A DNA stretch of 64,000 nt from Promethearchaeota archaeon (lineage in GTDB: Archaea; Asgardarchaeota; Lokiarchaeia; Sigyniarchaeales; SOKP01), in NCBI GenBank assembly GCA_048940445.1, contig JBHLON010000013.1, forward strand, positions 15,817 through 79,816, given 5' to 3'. Shown here piece by piece: positions 28,965 to 38,248 of this stretch. How positions within the stretch are numbered: position 1 is the stretch's first letter; each line of letters begins with the position of its first letter. The notes beneath the pieces are model-generated. The model saw nothing but the letters and a program-made list of their open reading frames with translations, was not told where the DNA came from and searched no databases. Made by a program: the position numbers and the translations under genes.

Positions 28965-30269
28965 ATGTCTTCAAAACAAAAACAACACTTAAATTTGGTT
29001 ATTATTGGGCACATAGATCACGGCAAATCGACAATGATGGGCGCCCTTTTAATAGAAACAGGAGCAGTAACTGATAGGGAAGCTCGTGAATTAGAAAAAT
29101 TAGCTAAAGAATATGATCGAGATTCCTGGTCCTATGCATTTGTCTTTGACAAATTAAAAGAAGAACGCCAAAGAGGTATTACAATCGATTTAGCTTTCAG
29201 AAAATTTGAGACTCCTAACAAATATTTCACCATTATTGATGCACCTGGTCATGCTGACTTCGTAAAGAATATGATCACAGGCGCCTCACAAGCTGATGCT
29301 GCCATTTTGGTTGTATCTGGTAAAAAAGGTGAAATGGAAGTTGGAATTGCTGCTAATGGTCAAACAAGAGAGCATGCCTACTTAGCTCAAACCCTCGGAG
29401 TAAAACAAATAGTAGTTGCAATCAACAAAGCAGATAACTATAATTATAGTGAAGAACGCTTTAATGAATGTAAGGAAGCCGTTTCTGATCTCTTAAAAAA
29501 CATAGGGTTCCCTGTTAAAAAGATTCCATTTGTCCCTGTTTCAGGATTAATGATGGAAAATCTTTCAAAGAAAAGCGATAAAATGCCTTGGTATGACGGA
29601 CCTACTTTGATTGACGCAATTGATAAATTTGAAATACCACCGAAACCAACTGACAAGCCATTACGACTCCCAATTCAAGATGCATATCGAATTAAAGGAA
29701 CTGGTGTTGTTCCAGTTGGTAGAGTCGAAACTGGAGTACTTAAGAAAGGTGACAAAATCATAATTATGCCAACAGAGTTTAAAGGAGAAATACGAAGCAT
29801 TGAAATGCACCATGAAGAAATTCCACAAGCTGAACCAGGTGATAATGTAGGATTCAGTATTCGAGGCCTAGAAATGAAAGATGTGGGAAGAGGAGATTGT
29901 CTTGGGCATCCTAATAATCCACCTAATGTTATATTCCCAAATGGTAACTGGACAGGGCAAATCATAGTTATTTGGCATCCAACCGCTATTGCTCAAGGTT
30001 ATACTCCAGTAGTTCATGCTCACACAGCTCAAGTAGCAGCAAAGTTCATAGAAATCAGTAAAAAACTCGATCAAAAAACTGGCGCCGTCATCGAAGATTC
30101 ACCTAAATTTATTAAAAGAAACGAGGCAGCGATCATTAAATTACAGCCCATAAAAAAGATGTGTTTAGAGAAATATGACCAATTTGCAGAACTTGGGCGA
30201 TTTGCTGTAAGGGATATGGGTAGAACGATCGCAGTCGGTATTGTAAAAGATATTGAGACAGGATCTTAA
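28965..30269 (+). CDS. tuf: Elongation factor 1-alpha
   Basis: GHIDHGKST, RGITID, DAPGH, NKAD, LGRFAVRDMG. Confidence 0.99.
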   Translation: MSSKQKQHLNLVIIGHIDHGKSTMMGALLIETGAVTDREARELEKLAKEYDRDSWSYAFVFDKLKEERQRGITIDLAFRKFETPNKYFTIIDAPGHADFVKNMITGASQADAAILVVSGKKGEMEVGIAANGQTREHAYLAQTLGVKQIVVAINKADNYNYSEERFNECKEAVSDLLKNIGFPVKKIPFVPVSGLMMENLSKKSDKMPWYDGPTLIDAIDKFEIPPKPTDKPLRLPIQDAYRIKGTGVVPVGRVETGVLKKGDKIIIMPTEFKGEIRSIEMHHEEIPQAEPGDNVGFSIRGLEMKDVGRGDCLGHPNNPPNVIFPNGNWTGQIIVIWHPTAIAQGYTPVVHAHTAQVAAKFIEISKKLDQKTGAVIEDSPKFIKRNEAAIIKLQPIKKMCLEKYDQFAELGRFAVRDMGRTIAVGIVKDIETGS

Positions 30270-30540
30270 AGCTATAATTCATTCTGTTTTTTTCTTAAAT
30301 TTTTAATATTAAATATTTTTTAATTCACTATTTCTATGAGTATTTTATTGATTTATTATTCAATTTTCCGTTTTTTAAGATAGATAGATAATTAATCAGA
30401 TTCAACAAAACACTAATTATAGCTTAAGAACAATTTATTTATGAAATAAAATAAAAAGAATTAAATAATTAATGATTAGAGTATCAATCAATACAATAAA
30501 AATTTAATATATAGAACTTTAAGTTAATAAAGTGGTATAA

Positions 30541-30699
30541 ATGGTTAATTGCTCAACTTTAGAAGAAGGAGATACCCTTGTTTGTGAGAATTGTGGACTT
30601 GAAATGAAGGTTACAAAAACATGTAGTTGTGGAGAAGAAGAGGGCGCTTGTACTGATATGGGATTTACATGCTGTGGAATTCCATTAAGTAAAAAATAA
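30541..30699 (+). CDS. 52-aa desulforedoxin-like Cys-rich metal-binding protein
   Basis: MVNCSTLEEGDTLVCENCGLEMKVTKTCSCGEEEGACTDMGFTCCGIPLSKK*: CxxCG...CCG.P signature; T-rich tract downstream; not in the ORF track. Confidence 0.85.
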   Translation: MVNCSTLEEGDTLVCENCGLEMKVTKTCSCGEEEGACTDMGFTCCGIPLSKK

Positions 30700-30757
30700 T
30701 GAATTGATTTTTTTTATTCTTTTTATTGCATAATCTTGAAAAATTTAAATCTCAACT

Positions 30758-31018
30758 TTATTTGAAATATTTTTTAAGAAATCTTGTAACATCTTGTAAA
30801 ACTGATTTTTCAAGCACCCTAAGTAAATCTAAGGAACCTAATCCTCCGTCCGCGAGAACTAAATGCAATTCAGCTGAATTCTTAGCATACTTGTTAAAAA
30901 TTAAAAAAAATTTAAAGTCTGGGATAAAATAGTCTTCGAAGGCCTTAACTAATTGCTTATAAACATTATTTTGAAAAGAAAGCTTTTCTATTCTACGTTC
31001 TATTCCTTTATTAAGGCA
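30758..31018 (-). pseudogene. Start-less protein-like reading frame (possible gene remnant)
   Basis: 87-codon open frame ...KQLVKAFEDYFIPDF...AELHLVLADGGLGSLDLLRVLEKSVLQDVTRFLKKYFK*, bounded by an upstream stop. Confidence 0.35.
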
Positions 31019-31136
31019 TTAGAAAACTAAGAAATGTAATATTTTAACTGAAATTCACATGTTATGCGAATATCATTTTAATTTTTGAATTGAGGTTTAT
31101 CCTTTCTATTTAAAGCAAATTAAGTAGAAAGGGTCG

Positions 31137-31619
31137 GTTAAGTTTTTTACAACTAAATCAAAAATTTGTATTGTTGGTGAAGGGGGTGTGGGAAAAACCT
31201 CTTTACTATCCTTATTACATGGAAAGGAAGTTCCAAAGAAACGTGTTCCAACCGTTGGATTAGAAGTAGAGGAATCTATATTAAACGGAAAAAAGGTAAG
31301 CATTTGGGATTTAGGGGGTCAAGAACGGTTTAAATTCATGTGGAAAGATTTCCTACGGGGTGCAGGCTTAGCTGTGCTGGTGTGTGATTCTACAGAGAGC
31401 GGGGTAAGGAAAACTAAGGAAATTTATGATAGATTCGAGCGGAATTTGGGTACAAAAATCATTGCTATAGCGAACAAGCAGGACTTACAAGGGGCGCTGA
31501 GTGCACAGGAAGTTCAAAAGAGGTTAGGCGGGTTAAAAACGTATGGAATGACTGCTATTCGTCCTGAGTTACGGCAAAGAATGAAGGACATATTAGAATA
31601 TGAAGTCGCTACGTTTTAA
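31137..31619 (+). CDS. Arf-like small GTPase (start uncertain; non-canonical)
   Basis: Frame extends upstream of GTG 31188 to give KICIVGEGGVGKT (G1); PTVG, WDLGGQ, ANKQD, GALS. Confidence 0.9.
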   Translation, partial: VKFFTTKSKICIVGEGGVGKTSLLSLLHGKEVPKKRVPTVGLEVEESILNGKKVSIWDLGGQERFKFMWKDFLRGAGLAVLVCDSTESGVRKTKEIYDRFERNLGTKIIAIANKQDLQGALSAQEVQKRLGGLKTYGMTAIRPELRQRMKDILEYEVATF

Positions 31620-32176
31620 AACGCCTTCCCAATTAGATGAGCAATTCTTACGGGTTCAGGCATTTTTGAATCAATCCATAATTTCTTTAATAAATCATTC
31701 GCCTCATCAAAAGTTACTCCTTTTAAATGTAGATATATTTTTGAACTACCACCAGCTGTTTCTACTGAAGTCTCATATAGATCTCCTGCATTTATAATGT
31801 ATTGGAGTTTCTTTTTATACCCTTTTGGAAATTTATTGATTAAGGCTACTTTAACCGAATCAAGATCAACTCCTCGTTCTGTTACTGCTATGATAGGCTT
31901 TTTTAATCTAGCATAAATTTCTTCTAAATCGATAATATTAAATCCACCAAATGTTATCGTGTCTGTAAGAATATACTGAATATGTTTTTCGTTTTGCTTA
32001 GCAAGTGTAATTAACGCATTAGTAGCATCTTCTCCATCGATAGAAATCGGACTCATTATCACTCTAACTAGCCTAATACCTTGACAAACTGCTCCAATCA
32101 ATTGAGTTGTATTTAAATTTGATTTCAATTCGAATTTAGCATCATCAAATCCAATTGTAATGGGAAATTCTTTCAT
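31616..32176 (-). CDS. DUF99 family (endonuclease V-like) protein
   Basis: IGFDD, IDGEDAT, ITFGGFNIID, PEPVRIAHLI. Confidence 0.9.
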   Translation of the reverse strand: MKEFPITIGFDDAKFELKSNLNTTQLIGAVCQGIRLVRVIMSPISIDGEDATNALITLAKQNEKHIQYILTDTITFGGFNIIDLEEIYARLKKPIIAVTERGVDLDSVKVALINKFPKGYKKKLQYIINAGDLYETSVETAGGSSKIYLHLKGVTFDEANDLLKKLWIDSKMPEPVRIAHLIGKAF

Positions 32177-32631
32177 AATTTAGGTTTGGGGAGATATATT
32201 TTTATTGATTCTAGCAATTGTGTAAATGCAATAGTTGCATTTTGGATTTCTTCTGCTCTAACATTAAGATTACCAGAAAAATTTTCTACCATGATCCTAA
32301 TCATGGCATCCATATTCATATTCCCTGAAAGCCAAATATAAGCAATTAATGCTTCAGCTGTATCAGCTAAGTCATGAGCATCAGCTCTAGTTTTTGCATA
32401 TGGCTTCAGTTTAGCGTCCTTTAAGGCAACAGATAAAATCATTTTACTTACTTTTTTACCAGTTCTAATTATTTTATTGTTAGAACTATTTTTCGTTAAA
32501 TAGATAGACTTAGCTACCGAATATACAAAATTTACAATGCTATCTCCAATTTTTGCTAATCCTTTATCTGTACCTATTACTTTTTGAGATAGTTTAGAAG
32601 TTAAATCTTTTATTAAAATATTGTAGGACAT
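32173..32631 (-). CDS. Archaeal RNase III-like (mini-III) domain protein
   Basis: DKGLAKIGDSIVNF, ADTAEALIAY.W. Confidence 0.8.
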   Translation of the reverse strand: MSYNILIKDLTSKLSQKVIGTDKGLAKIGDSIVNFVYSVAKSIYLTKNSSNNKIIRTGKKVSKMILSVALKDAKLKPYAKTRADAHDLADTAEALIAYIWLSGNMNMDAMIRIMVENFSGNLNVRAEEIQNATIAFTQLLESIKIYLPKPKL

Positions 32632-32681
32632 TAATAGTAGTTGAGATTCAAACTCTTATAAATTTTATAGAAAATCAGAAC

Positions 32682-33167
32682 TTATTTTATAAGTGTTTTA
32701 AAAGCTTTTTCAACTTCATCCAATTCATTCTTTAGGGATTGTATAGCCTTCTGTAATATATTTTTTATTTTATAACCTTTTTCCAATCGGACAAACACCT
32801 CAGGGGGATCAATCCGAGTAACTTTATAAGCTGCTGAATTTACTCCTTCTGTACTGAGAAGATGTTTAACTAAAATATTTAAAAATCCATGTGATTGGCC
32901 TTCTACGCTCAATCGATAATCATTTTCTTGTTCTGTCTTATGAATAGCTAGATTTAAATATTTATATTCCGGTGGTTTAGGAATTTCTTCCATTTCATAC
33001 TCAAGTTCTTCTTCTAATACTTCTTCATCTTCAGTATCTCTTTGTAATTCGTCTAGTTGTGTATCTTTTGATTTCTTTAAGGTTGGATATACAGTCTCAA
33101 TATCATCAAGAAAATCATCATCTAATCCTTCAAGATCATCTTCCTTCTTAGGTTTTTTTTTTGCCAT
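32682..33167 (-). CDS. rpoL: RNA polymerase subunit L (Rpo11) with acidic N-terminal extension
   Basis: VEGQSHGFLNIL...L....V..AAYK; downstream of csl4 as in other archaea. Confidence 0.88.
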   Translation of the reverse strand: MAKKKPKKEDDLEGLDDDFLDDIETVYPTLKKSKDTQLDELQRDTEDEEVLEEELEYEMEEIPKPPEYKYLNLAIHKTEQENDYRLSVEGQSHGFLNILVKHLLSTEGVNSAAYKVTRIDPPEVFVRLEKGYKIKNILQKAIQSLKNELDEVEKAFKTLIK

Positions 33168-33265
33168 CCTAATTACACCATAACCATCAAATCTATTATT
33201 TCAAATGTAGAATAAAATAAATTTTTTTTGTTTTGCCTAAAACCAGAAATTTTGTAGATTCACTT

Positions 33266-33490
33266 CTATGATAAAAATTGATTAGCTAATTCCCTTAATC
33301 TTTCAATTGCTAGATATTGAAGATCTTTTGGACCATACAAAGTGACTTTTATTTCTTTTCCTTCCACTTCACAATTTAAATTAAGATAATTAACTTTTTT
33401 TTGAATATTTTCAAGAAATTTTATAGCATTATCTATCTTTCCACTTTGGTTATAAAAATGAATTACTCTTCTTCCTCCATGTTTTACCAA
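33266..33490 (-). CDS. Small conserved protein between csl4 and rpoL (possibly DUF2067-like)
   Basis: 74 aa, TTG start with GGAG SD; family suggested only by gene position and an alpha/beta pattern. Confidence 0.6.
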   Translation of the reverse strand: MVKHGGRRVIHFYNQSGKIDNAIKFLENIQKKVNYLNLNCEVEGKEIKVTLYGPKDLQYLAIERLRELANQFLS

Positions 33491-33535
33491 AGTTCATCTC
33501 CTTTACCTTTTTTCAATATAATTAAGAAACAATAA

Positions 33536-34141
33536 TTAATACCTTAGGCTTTCATTAACATTTCCATAGTCATTTGCTAATTTTCTAGTTTCCACATTAC
33601 CACATCTACTGCATCGTAATTTATTATGACCAATCTTTTCAAGATTTGTACCACAAATTACACAATCAGCATGGATAACACCCAAATTATTTCCAACGGT
33701 GCTTAATTTAAACTCATTTGTAGTTTGTTCGATTACTTTAGCACGAAGAACATCAGTTATTTGAAAGGCATCTGAAATTTTTTCTACATATTTATGTGAG
33801 ATCTGTGAAACATGAATATTACCAAAATAAGAACTATTAAAGTGAAGTTTGTTATTTATTGTATGGAAATTTAATCCAATAGAATATTGTCTTAAAAAAA
33901 GTACAGTTCCTATAACAATGTCACCAATTTTTACTGTTTTTCGATTTTCTTCTTGATGGCTTTTAATTTCAATTTCTTTTTTATTTTTGTCAATTAAAAT
34001 AATACCCGTTTTTGTAGCATAGATTTTGCCATCCTTTATATAAGAAGATTGCTTATCGGGAAGGAATTCTTCAACGACGCCTAAATATTGACCAGTAATA
34101 ACGATATCCTTATTTTCAATTTCTTTTTTCATATATTTCAA
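33536..34141 (-). CDS. csl4: Exosome component Csl4
   Basis: GQYLGVVEEFLP, S1 domain IHVSQIS...F.ITDVLRAKV, LGVIHADC..C...C..CG..ETRKLA. Confidence 0.95.
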   Translation of the reverse strand: MKYMKKEIENKDIVITGQYLGVVEEFLPDKQSSYIKDGKIYATKTGIILIDKNKKEIEIKSHQEENRKTVKIGDIVIGTVLFLRQYSIGLNFHTINNKLHFNSSYFGNIHVSQISHKYVEKISDAFQITDVLRAKVIEQTTNEFKLSTVGNNLGVIHADCVICGTNLEKIGHNKLRCSRCGNVETRKLANDYGNVNESLRY

Positions 34142-34244
34142 AACATTCTTTTAATTTCTCTATTTAATTATTATTAAATAAATTAATTAAATTTATCCTT
34201 ACTAATTTATAAAAAGTCTAACTAAATCTGAGTTTCAGGCGTTA

Positions 34245-34892
34245 ATAATTAAGAAAAAAGAAATAAGTTCTATTATTCAAAAGACAACTACATTTTCTGA
34301 TCCCAAAATCGAATTAGAGCAGTATTGTATTGATGCAGTTAGTGCTGTAGATATTGCTTTTTTTGCTGGGTTTGAATTTAATGATATTACAGATAACTTG
34401 ATTTTTGATTTTGGTGCTGGAACAGGAAGATTATCTATTGCTTCTGCCTACTTTCTACCAAAATATGTTATAAGTATTGACATTGATTTTTTAGCATTAA
34501 AAATCCTTAAAGAAAATATTGATAGACTTCAATTGGATCACATTATATTTCCTTTATGTGGTGATATCAAAAATTTAGAACTTTCTAAACAATTTTTGTC
34601 AAAAATTAAAAGAATTACTACAATTATGAATCCTCCTTTTGGAGTGCAAACGAGTAGAGCTGATAGGAGTTTTTTAAAGAAAGCATTTGAATTTTCTGAT
34701 GTGGTATACTCAATTCATTTAGCCAATGAAAAAGTGCATAATTTTATTGTAAACTTTATAAAAGTTTCAAATTGGCAAATTGATTATTATTTTCCTTTTA
34801 AATTAAAGCTTGATAAAACTTATGAATTTCACAGTCAAAAAACAAAAAAAATTGATGTAACGATTTATAGATTTATAAAAACACGTTATTAA
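34245..34892 (+). CDS. METTL5-family SAM-dependent methyltransferase (start probably ATA/ATT)
   Basis: Frame upstream of TTG 34398 contains F.DPKIELEQY; DFGAGTG, MNPPFG, VYSIH motifs. Confidence 0.9.
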   Translation: MIKKKEISSIIQKTTTFSDPKIELEQYCIDAVSAVDIAFFAGFEFNDITDNLIFDFGAGTGRLSIASAYFLPKYVISIDIDFLALKILKENIDRLQLDHIIFPLCGDIKNLELSKQFLSKIKRITTIMNPPFGVQTSRADRSFLKKAFEFSDVVYSIHLANEKVHNFIVNFIKVSNWQIDYYFPFKLKLDKTYEFHSQKTKKIDVTIYRFIKTRY

Positions 34893-34914
34893 GCATTCAA
34901 TCAATCTCTTTTAT

Positions 34915-36219
34915 CTACTGATATTCTTTCCAAGAAGAAAAATTTTCGGGATAAAAGGCATTATTACCTAAAAATTCTTCGATCCTTAACAACTGATTAT
35001 ATTTGCTTGTCCTGTCACTACGACATGGCGCTCCACTTTTGATTTGTCCAGAACATAATCCAACTGCCAAATCTGCTATAAAAGGATCTTCAGTTTCACC
35101 AGATCGATGTGAAACCATTACATTAAATCCATTTCTAAATGCTAGTTGACATGCTTTTATAGCTTCAGATAAAGTTCCAATTTGGTTTACTTTAAGCAAT
35201 AAAGCATTTCCTGCTTTCTCATCAATTGCTTTTTGCAATAATCTAATATTAGTAACAGTTATATCATCACATACTATTTGAATTGTTTTATCCAATTTTG
35301 CTGTAAGATTTGTAAATCCTCTAAATGATTTTTCATCAAAAGGGTCTTCAATCGATTTTAAAGGATAATCGTGGAGTAAATCAAGATAAAACTGTAATAA
35401 TTCTTCTTCACGTAGTTTTTTCCCATCGATTGAGTATATATCTTCTTTAAAAAATTCACTTGCTGCAGCATCCATTCCTAATACGAAATCAGTTCCCATT
35501 AGAAATCCAGCCTCCTCAATAGCATCAATAATAACATCAAATGCATCTCTTGTTTCAGAAAGATTAGGTGCAAACCCGCCTTCATCACCAACATTAATAG
35601 CAGACTTACCAAATTTTTCATTTAATAACTCTTTTAAGGTTTGATAAACCTCAACTACATTTTGAATTGCTTTTGAAAAATTATGCGCACCAATAGGTAA
35701 TATCATAAACTCTTGTACTGCTAAATTGTTTCCTGCATGCTTTCCTCCATTAATAATATTACAGCAAGGAATTGGCATTAAAAATCTGGTATTTGATTTA
35801 TTATGACTTAATTCATATATATATGAAAATAAAGGTTTATTTAACATTTCAGCTGCCAACTTAGCTGCGCTAAGAGAAACAGATAAAATAGCATTTGCAC
35901 CAATTTTACTTTTATTTTCTGTTCCGTCTATAGAAATCATTTTGTTATCTAATTTTTGTTGCTCCCTTACATCAAAACCAAGTAACTTTTTTCCTAGAAT
36001 CTCGTTGACATTTCTCACAGCTTTGGTTACATGACGCCCCAAAAAAGCTTTTCCTCCGTCTCGAAGTTCTAATGCCTCTAAAACTCCTGTTGAGGCCCCT
36101 GAAGGAACTGCTGAACGCGCAAACCCATTCTTTGTATAAACCTCAGTTTCAACTGTAGGATTACCGCGAGAGTCAAGAATCCACCTTGATTTTATTTTAT
36201 TTATTAAAAAATCTGACAT
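34915..36219 (-). CDS. eno: Enolase
   Basis: DSRGNPTVE, PSGASTG, GDEGGF, LLKVNQIGTL, SHRSGETED. Confidence 0.99.
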   Translation of the reverse strand: MSDFLINKIKSRWILDSRGNPTVETEVYTKNGFARSAVPSGASTGVLEALELRDGGKAFLGRHVTKAVRNVNEILGKKLLGFDVREQQKLDNKMISIDGTENKSKIGANAILSVSLSAAKLAAEMLNKPLFSYIYELSHNKSNTRFLMPIPCCNIINGGKHAGNNLAVQEFMILPIGAHNFSKAIQNVVEVYQTLKELLNEKFGKSAINVGDEGGFAPNLSETRDAFDVIIDAIEEAGFLMGTDFVLGMDAAASEFFKEDIYSIDGKKLREEELLQFYLDLLHDYPLKSIEDPFDEKSFRGFTNLTAKLDKTIQIVCDDITVTNIRLLQKAIDEKAGNALLLKVNQIGTLSEAIKACQLAFRNGFNVMVSHRSGETEDPFIADLAVGLCSGQIKSGAPCRSDRTSKYNQLLRIEEFLGNNAFYPENFSSWKEYQ

Positions 36220-36330
36220 TTTTTCTCTAAATTTTTCATAATTTATTATTACTAATATAAAAAGAAAATTTAATTCTTAAATAGTATTTTTAAATATTAT
36301 AATATTTTTAACCAAAGTTTTCCTTTTAGT

Positions 36331-37302
36331 ATGTCTGTTGAAAACCGTCCATGGGTTGAAAAATATCGTCCAAGAAGACTAAATGAAATTGTAAATCAAA
36401 AAGGAATTATTAATCGACTTCAACAATTTATAAAAGATAGATCTATGCCTCATCTGATTTTTGCTGGTCCTGCAGGTATAGGCAAAACAACCTCAGCATT
36501 AACAATAGTTAGAGAACTATTTGGAAGAAAAATGGCGATAAATAGGACATATTTAGAATTAAATGCAAGTGATGCTCGAGGAATTGAAGTTATTAGAACT
36601 TATATTAAAGATTTTGCTAAAACAAGACCACCTGCTGATATTCCTTTTAAAATACTAATATTAGATGAAGCTGATAATATGACTGCACCGGCTCAACAAG
36701 CTCTTAGAAGAACTATGGAAAAATATACGGAGAACTGTAGAATGATTTTGATTTGTAATTATTCCAATAAAATTATCCCTCCTATTCAATCGAGATGTGT
36801 AGTTTTTAGATTCTCATCTTTAAGTAGTGATGATATTAAACAGAGACTAAAATTTATAGCAAAAGAAGAAAATATTACTATAACCAACGATGGATTGAAT
36901 GCATTAGTAGATGTTTCAAAAGGAGATTGTAGAAGAGGAATTAATTACTTGCAATCTTGTTCTACAATTTCCCAGAAAGTAGATCAAGATGTCGTTTATC
37001 GAGTCGCTGGAGAAGTACCTCATGAACGAATAAGAAAAGTTCTTCAAACAGCTATTCAAGGTCAGCTAGAATCTTCCATAAAACTAATAAATGATTTAAC
37101 TGAAGAATATGGCCTTTCAGGGATAAATATAATTAAGAATATTCATAGAGAAATATATGATTTAAACATATCTGAAGAACTAAAAATAGAACTCTCAAAA
37201 TTATTAGCTGAATTTGAATATCGAATAAGTCAAGGAGCCACGGAAGAAATTCAAATTAAAGCACTCCTAGCCAACATTGTCATGTTGCAAGATATGAAAT
37301 AA
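36331..37302 (+). CDS. rfcS: Replication factor C small subunit
   Basis: PWVEKYRP, GPAGIGKT, LNASDARG, DEAD, SRC. Confidence 0.98.
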   Translation: MSVENRPWVEKYRPRRLNEIVNQKGIINRLQQFIKDRSMPHLIFAGPAGIGKTTSALTIVRELFGRKMAINRTYLELNASDARGIEVIRTYIKDFAKTRPPADIPFKILILDEADNMTAPAQQALRRTMEKYTENCRMILICNYSNKIIPPIQSRCVVFRFSSLSSDDIKQRLKFIAKEENITITNDGLNALVDVSKGDCRRGINYLQSCSTISQKVDQDVVYRVAGEVPHERIRKVLQTAIQGQLESSIKLINDLTEEYGLSGINIIKNIHREIYDLNISEELKIELSKLLAEFEYRISQGATEEIQIKALLANIVMLQDMK

Positions 37303-38112
37303 TGTTTTTTTTAGATTACTCTCTTGTTCTCTTTGATAAAAATATTGATTCATTCTCTTAATTGACATTTTATCGATTGTAAATTGAATACTATTATCAT
37401 AAATTACATCCCATAATATTAATCCCATAGGATCCGCAGGTTGGTATGAAATATAACTAGAAGTATTAAATAATTCTAAAAATTCATCAAAATTGAATTG
37501 ATTCATCCCAATTTCAACCAATTTTTTAACCATTCTTCTAACTTGCTGTCTTAGGAAAGATTTACTTTTGAAATGAAAAATTAGACTATTTTCCTTTAAG
37601 TTAGCAGAAGCTGTATTTAATGTTCTTATTGTATCAATATTCTTCTTATCTCTCTTTGAGAAATTCTGAAAATTGTGGTTCCCTTCAAGTTGTTTGCATG
37701 CTTGACTTATGAGATCGAGATTGAGAGAAGCTTTATTCTCTAAAGGTAAGATATATTTATAATAACGATATACAGCATCAAATCGTGAAGAAAATTCTAA
37801 TGGAACCTTAGTATATCCCCATAATCCAATGTCATATGGTAATACAGAATTCAATTCCATTAATACAGGTTGCCTATTTGTTATAGCCGAAAAAGCAGCG
37901 CCTCTGGCAGATACCCATTTATCGGTTCTACTCGCTACATCAAAATTAGCTTCGTTAACATCATTTATGTAATTTCTATTTAAAAGAGCCTTAATTAAAA
38001 AACTTTCAATAGTGGGAAAATCTAATTGCCGTTGGGATCCATAAAATTTTTTTGAACCAATATAATAAAATTTAAAAAGAAATTTTCTCTTTTTTAATGA
38101 CATAAAATTCAT
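37267..38112 (-). CDS. truA: tRNA pseudouridine(38-40) synthase TruA
   Basis: GSQRQ, ASRTDKWVSA, G.HNFQNF, SFLRQQVRRMV. Confidence 0.93.
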   Translation of the reverse strand: MNFMSLKKRKFLFKFYYIGSKKFYGSQRQLDFPTIESFLIKALLNRNYINDVNEANFDVASRTDKWVSARGAAFSAITNRQPVLMELNSVLPYDIGLWGYTKVPLEFSSRFDAVYRYYKYILPLENKASLNLDLISQACKQLEGNHNFQNFSKRDKKNIDTIRTLNTASANLKENSLIFHFKSKSFLRQQVRRMVKKLVEIGMNQFNFDEFLELFNTSSYISYQPADPMGLILWDVIYDNSIQFTIDKMSIKRMNQYFYQREQESNLKKTLFHILQHDNVG

Positions 38113-38248
38113 GAAAATGATAAATTGTTATAATATCAAGACCGTTGAATATATTAAAAAATAATCTTTTAATGATAAGGATTTTTTTTATATCTAAGTT
38201 TACTTTGATATTGATTTATTGTTAAATAAAAGAATTTAAAGTAAAAAA

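Noticed and set aside
30726-30932. 68-aa + strand ORF
   Set aside because: The opposite strand gives the more protein-like frame; TTG start without supporting signals
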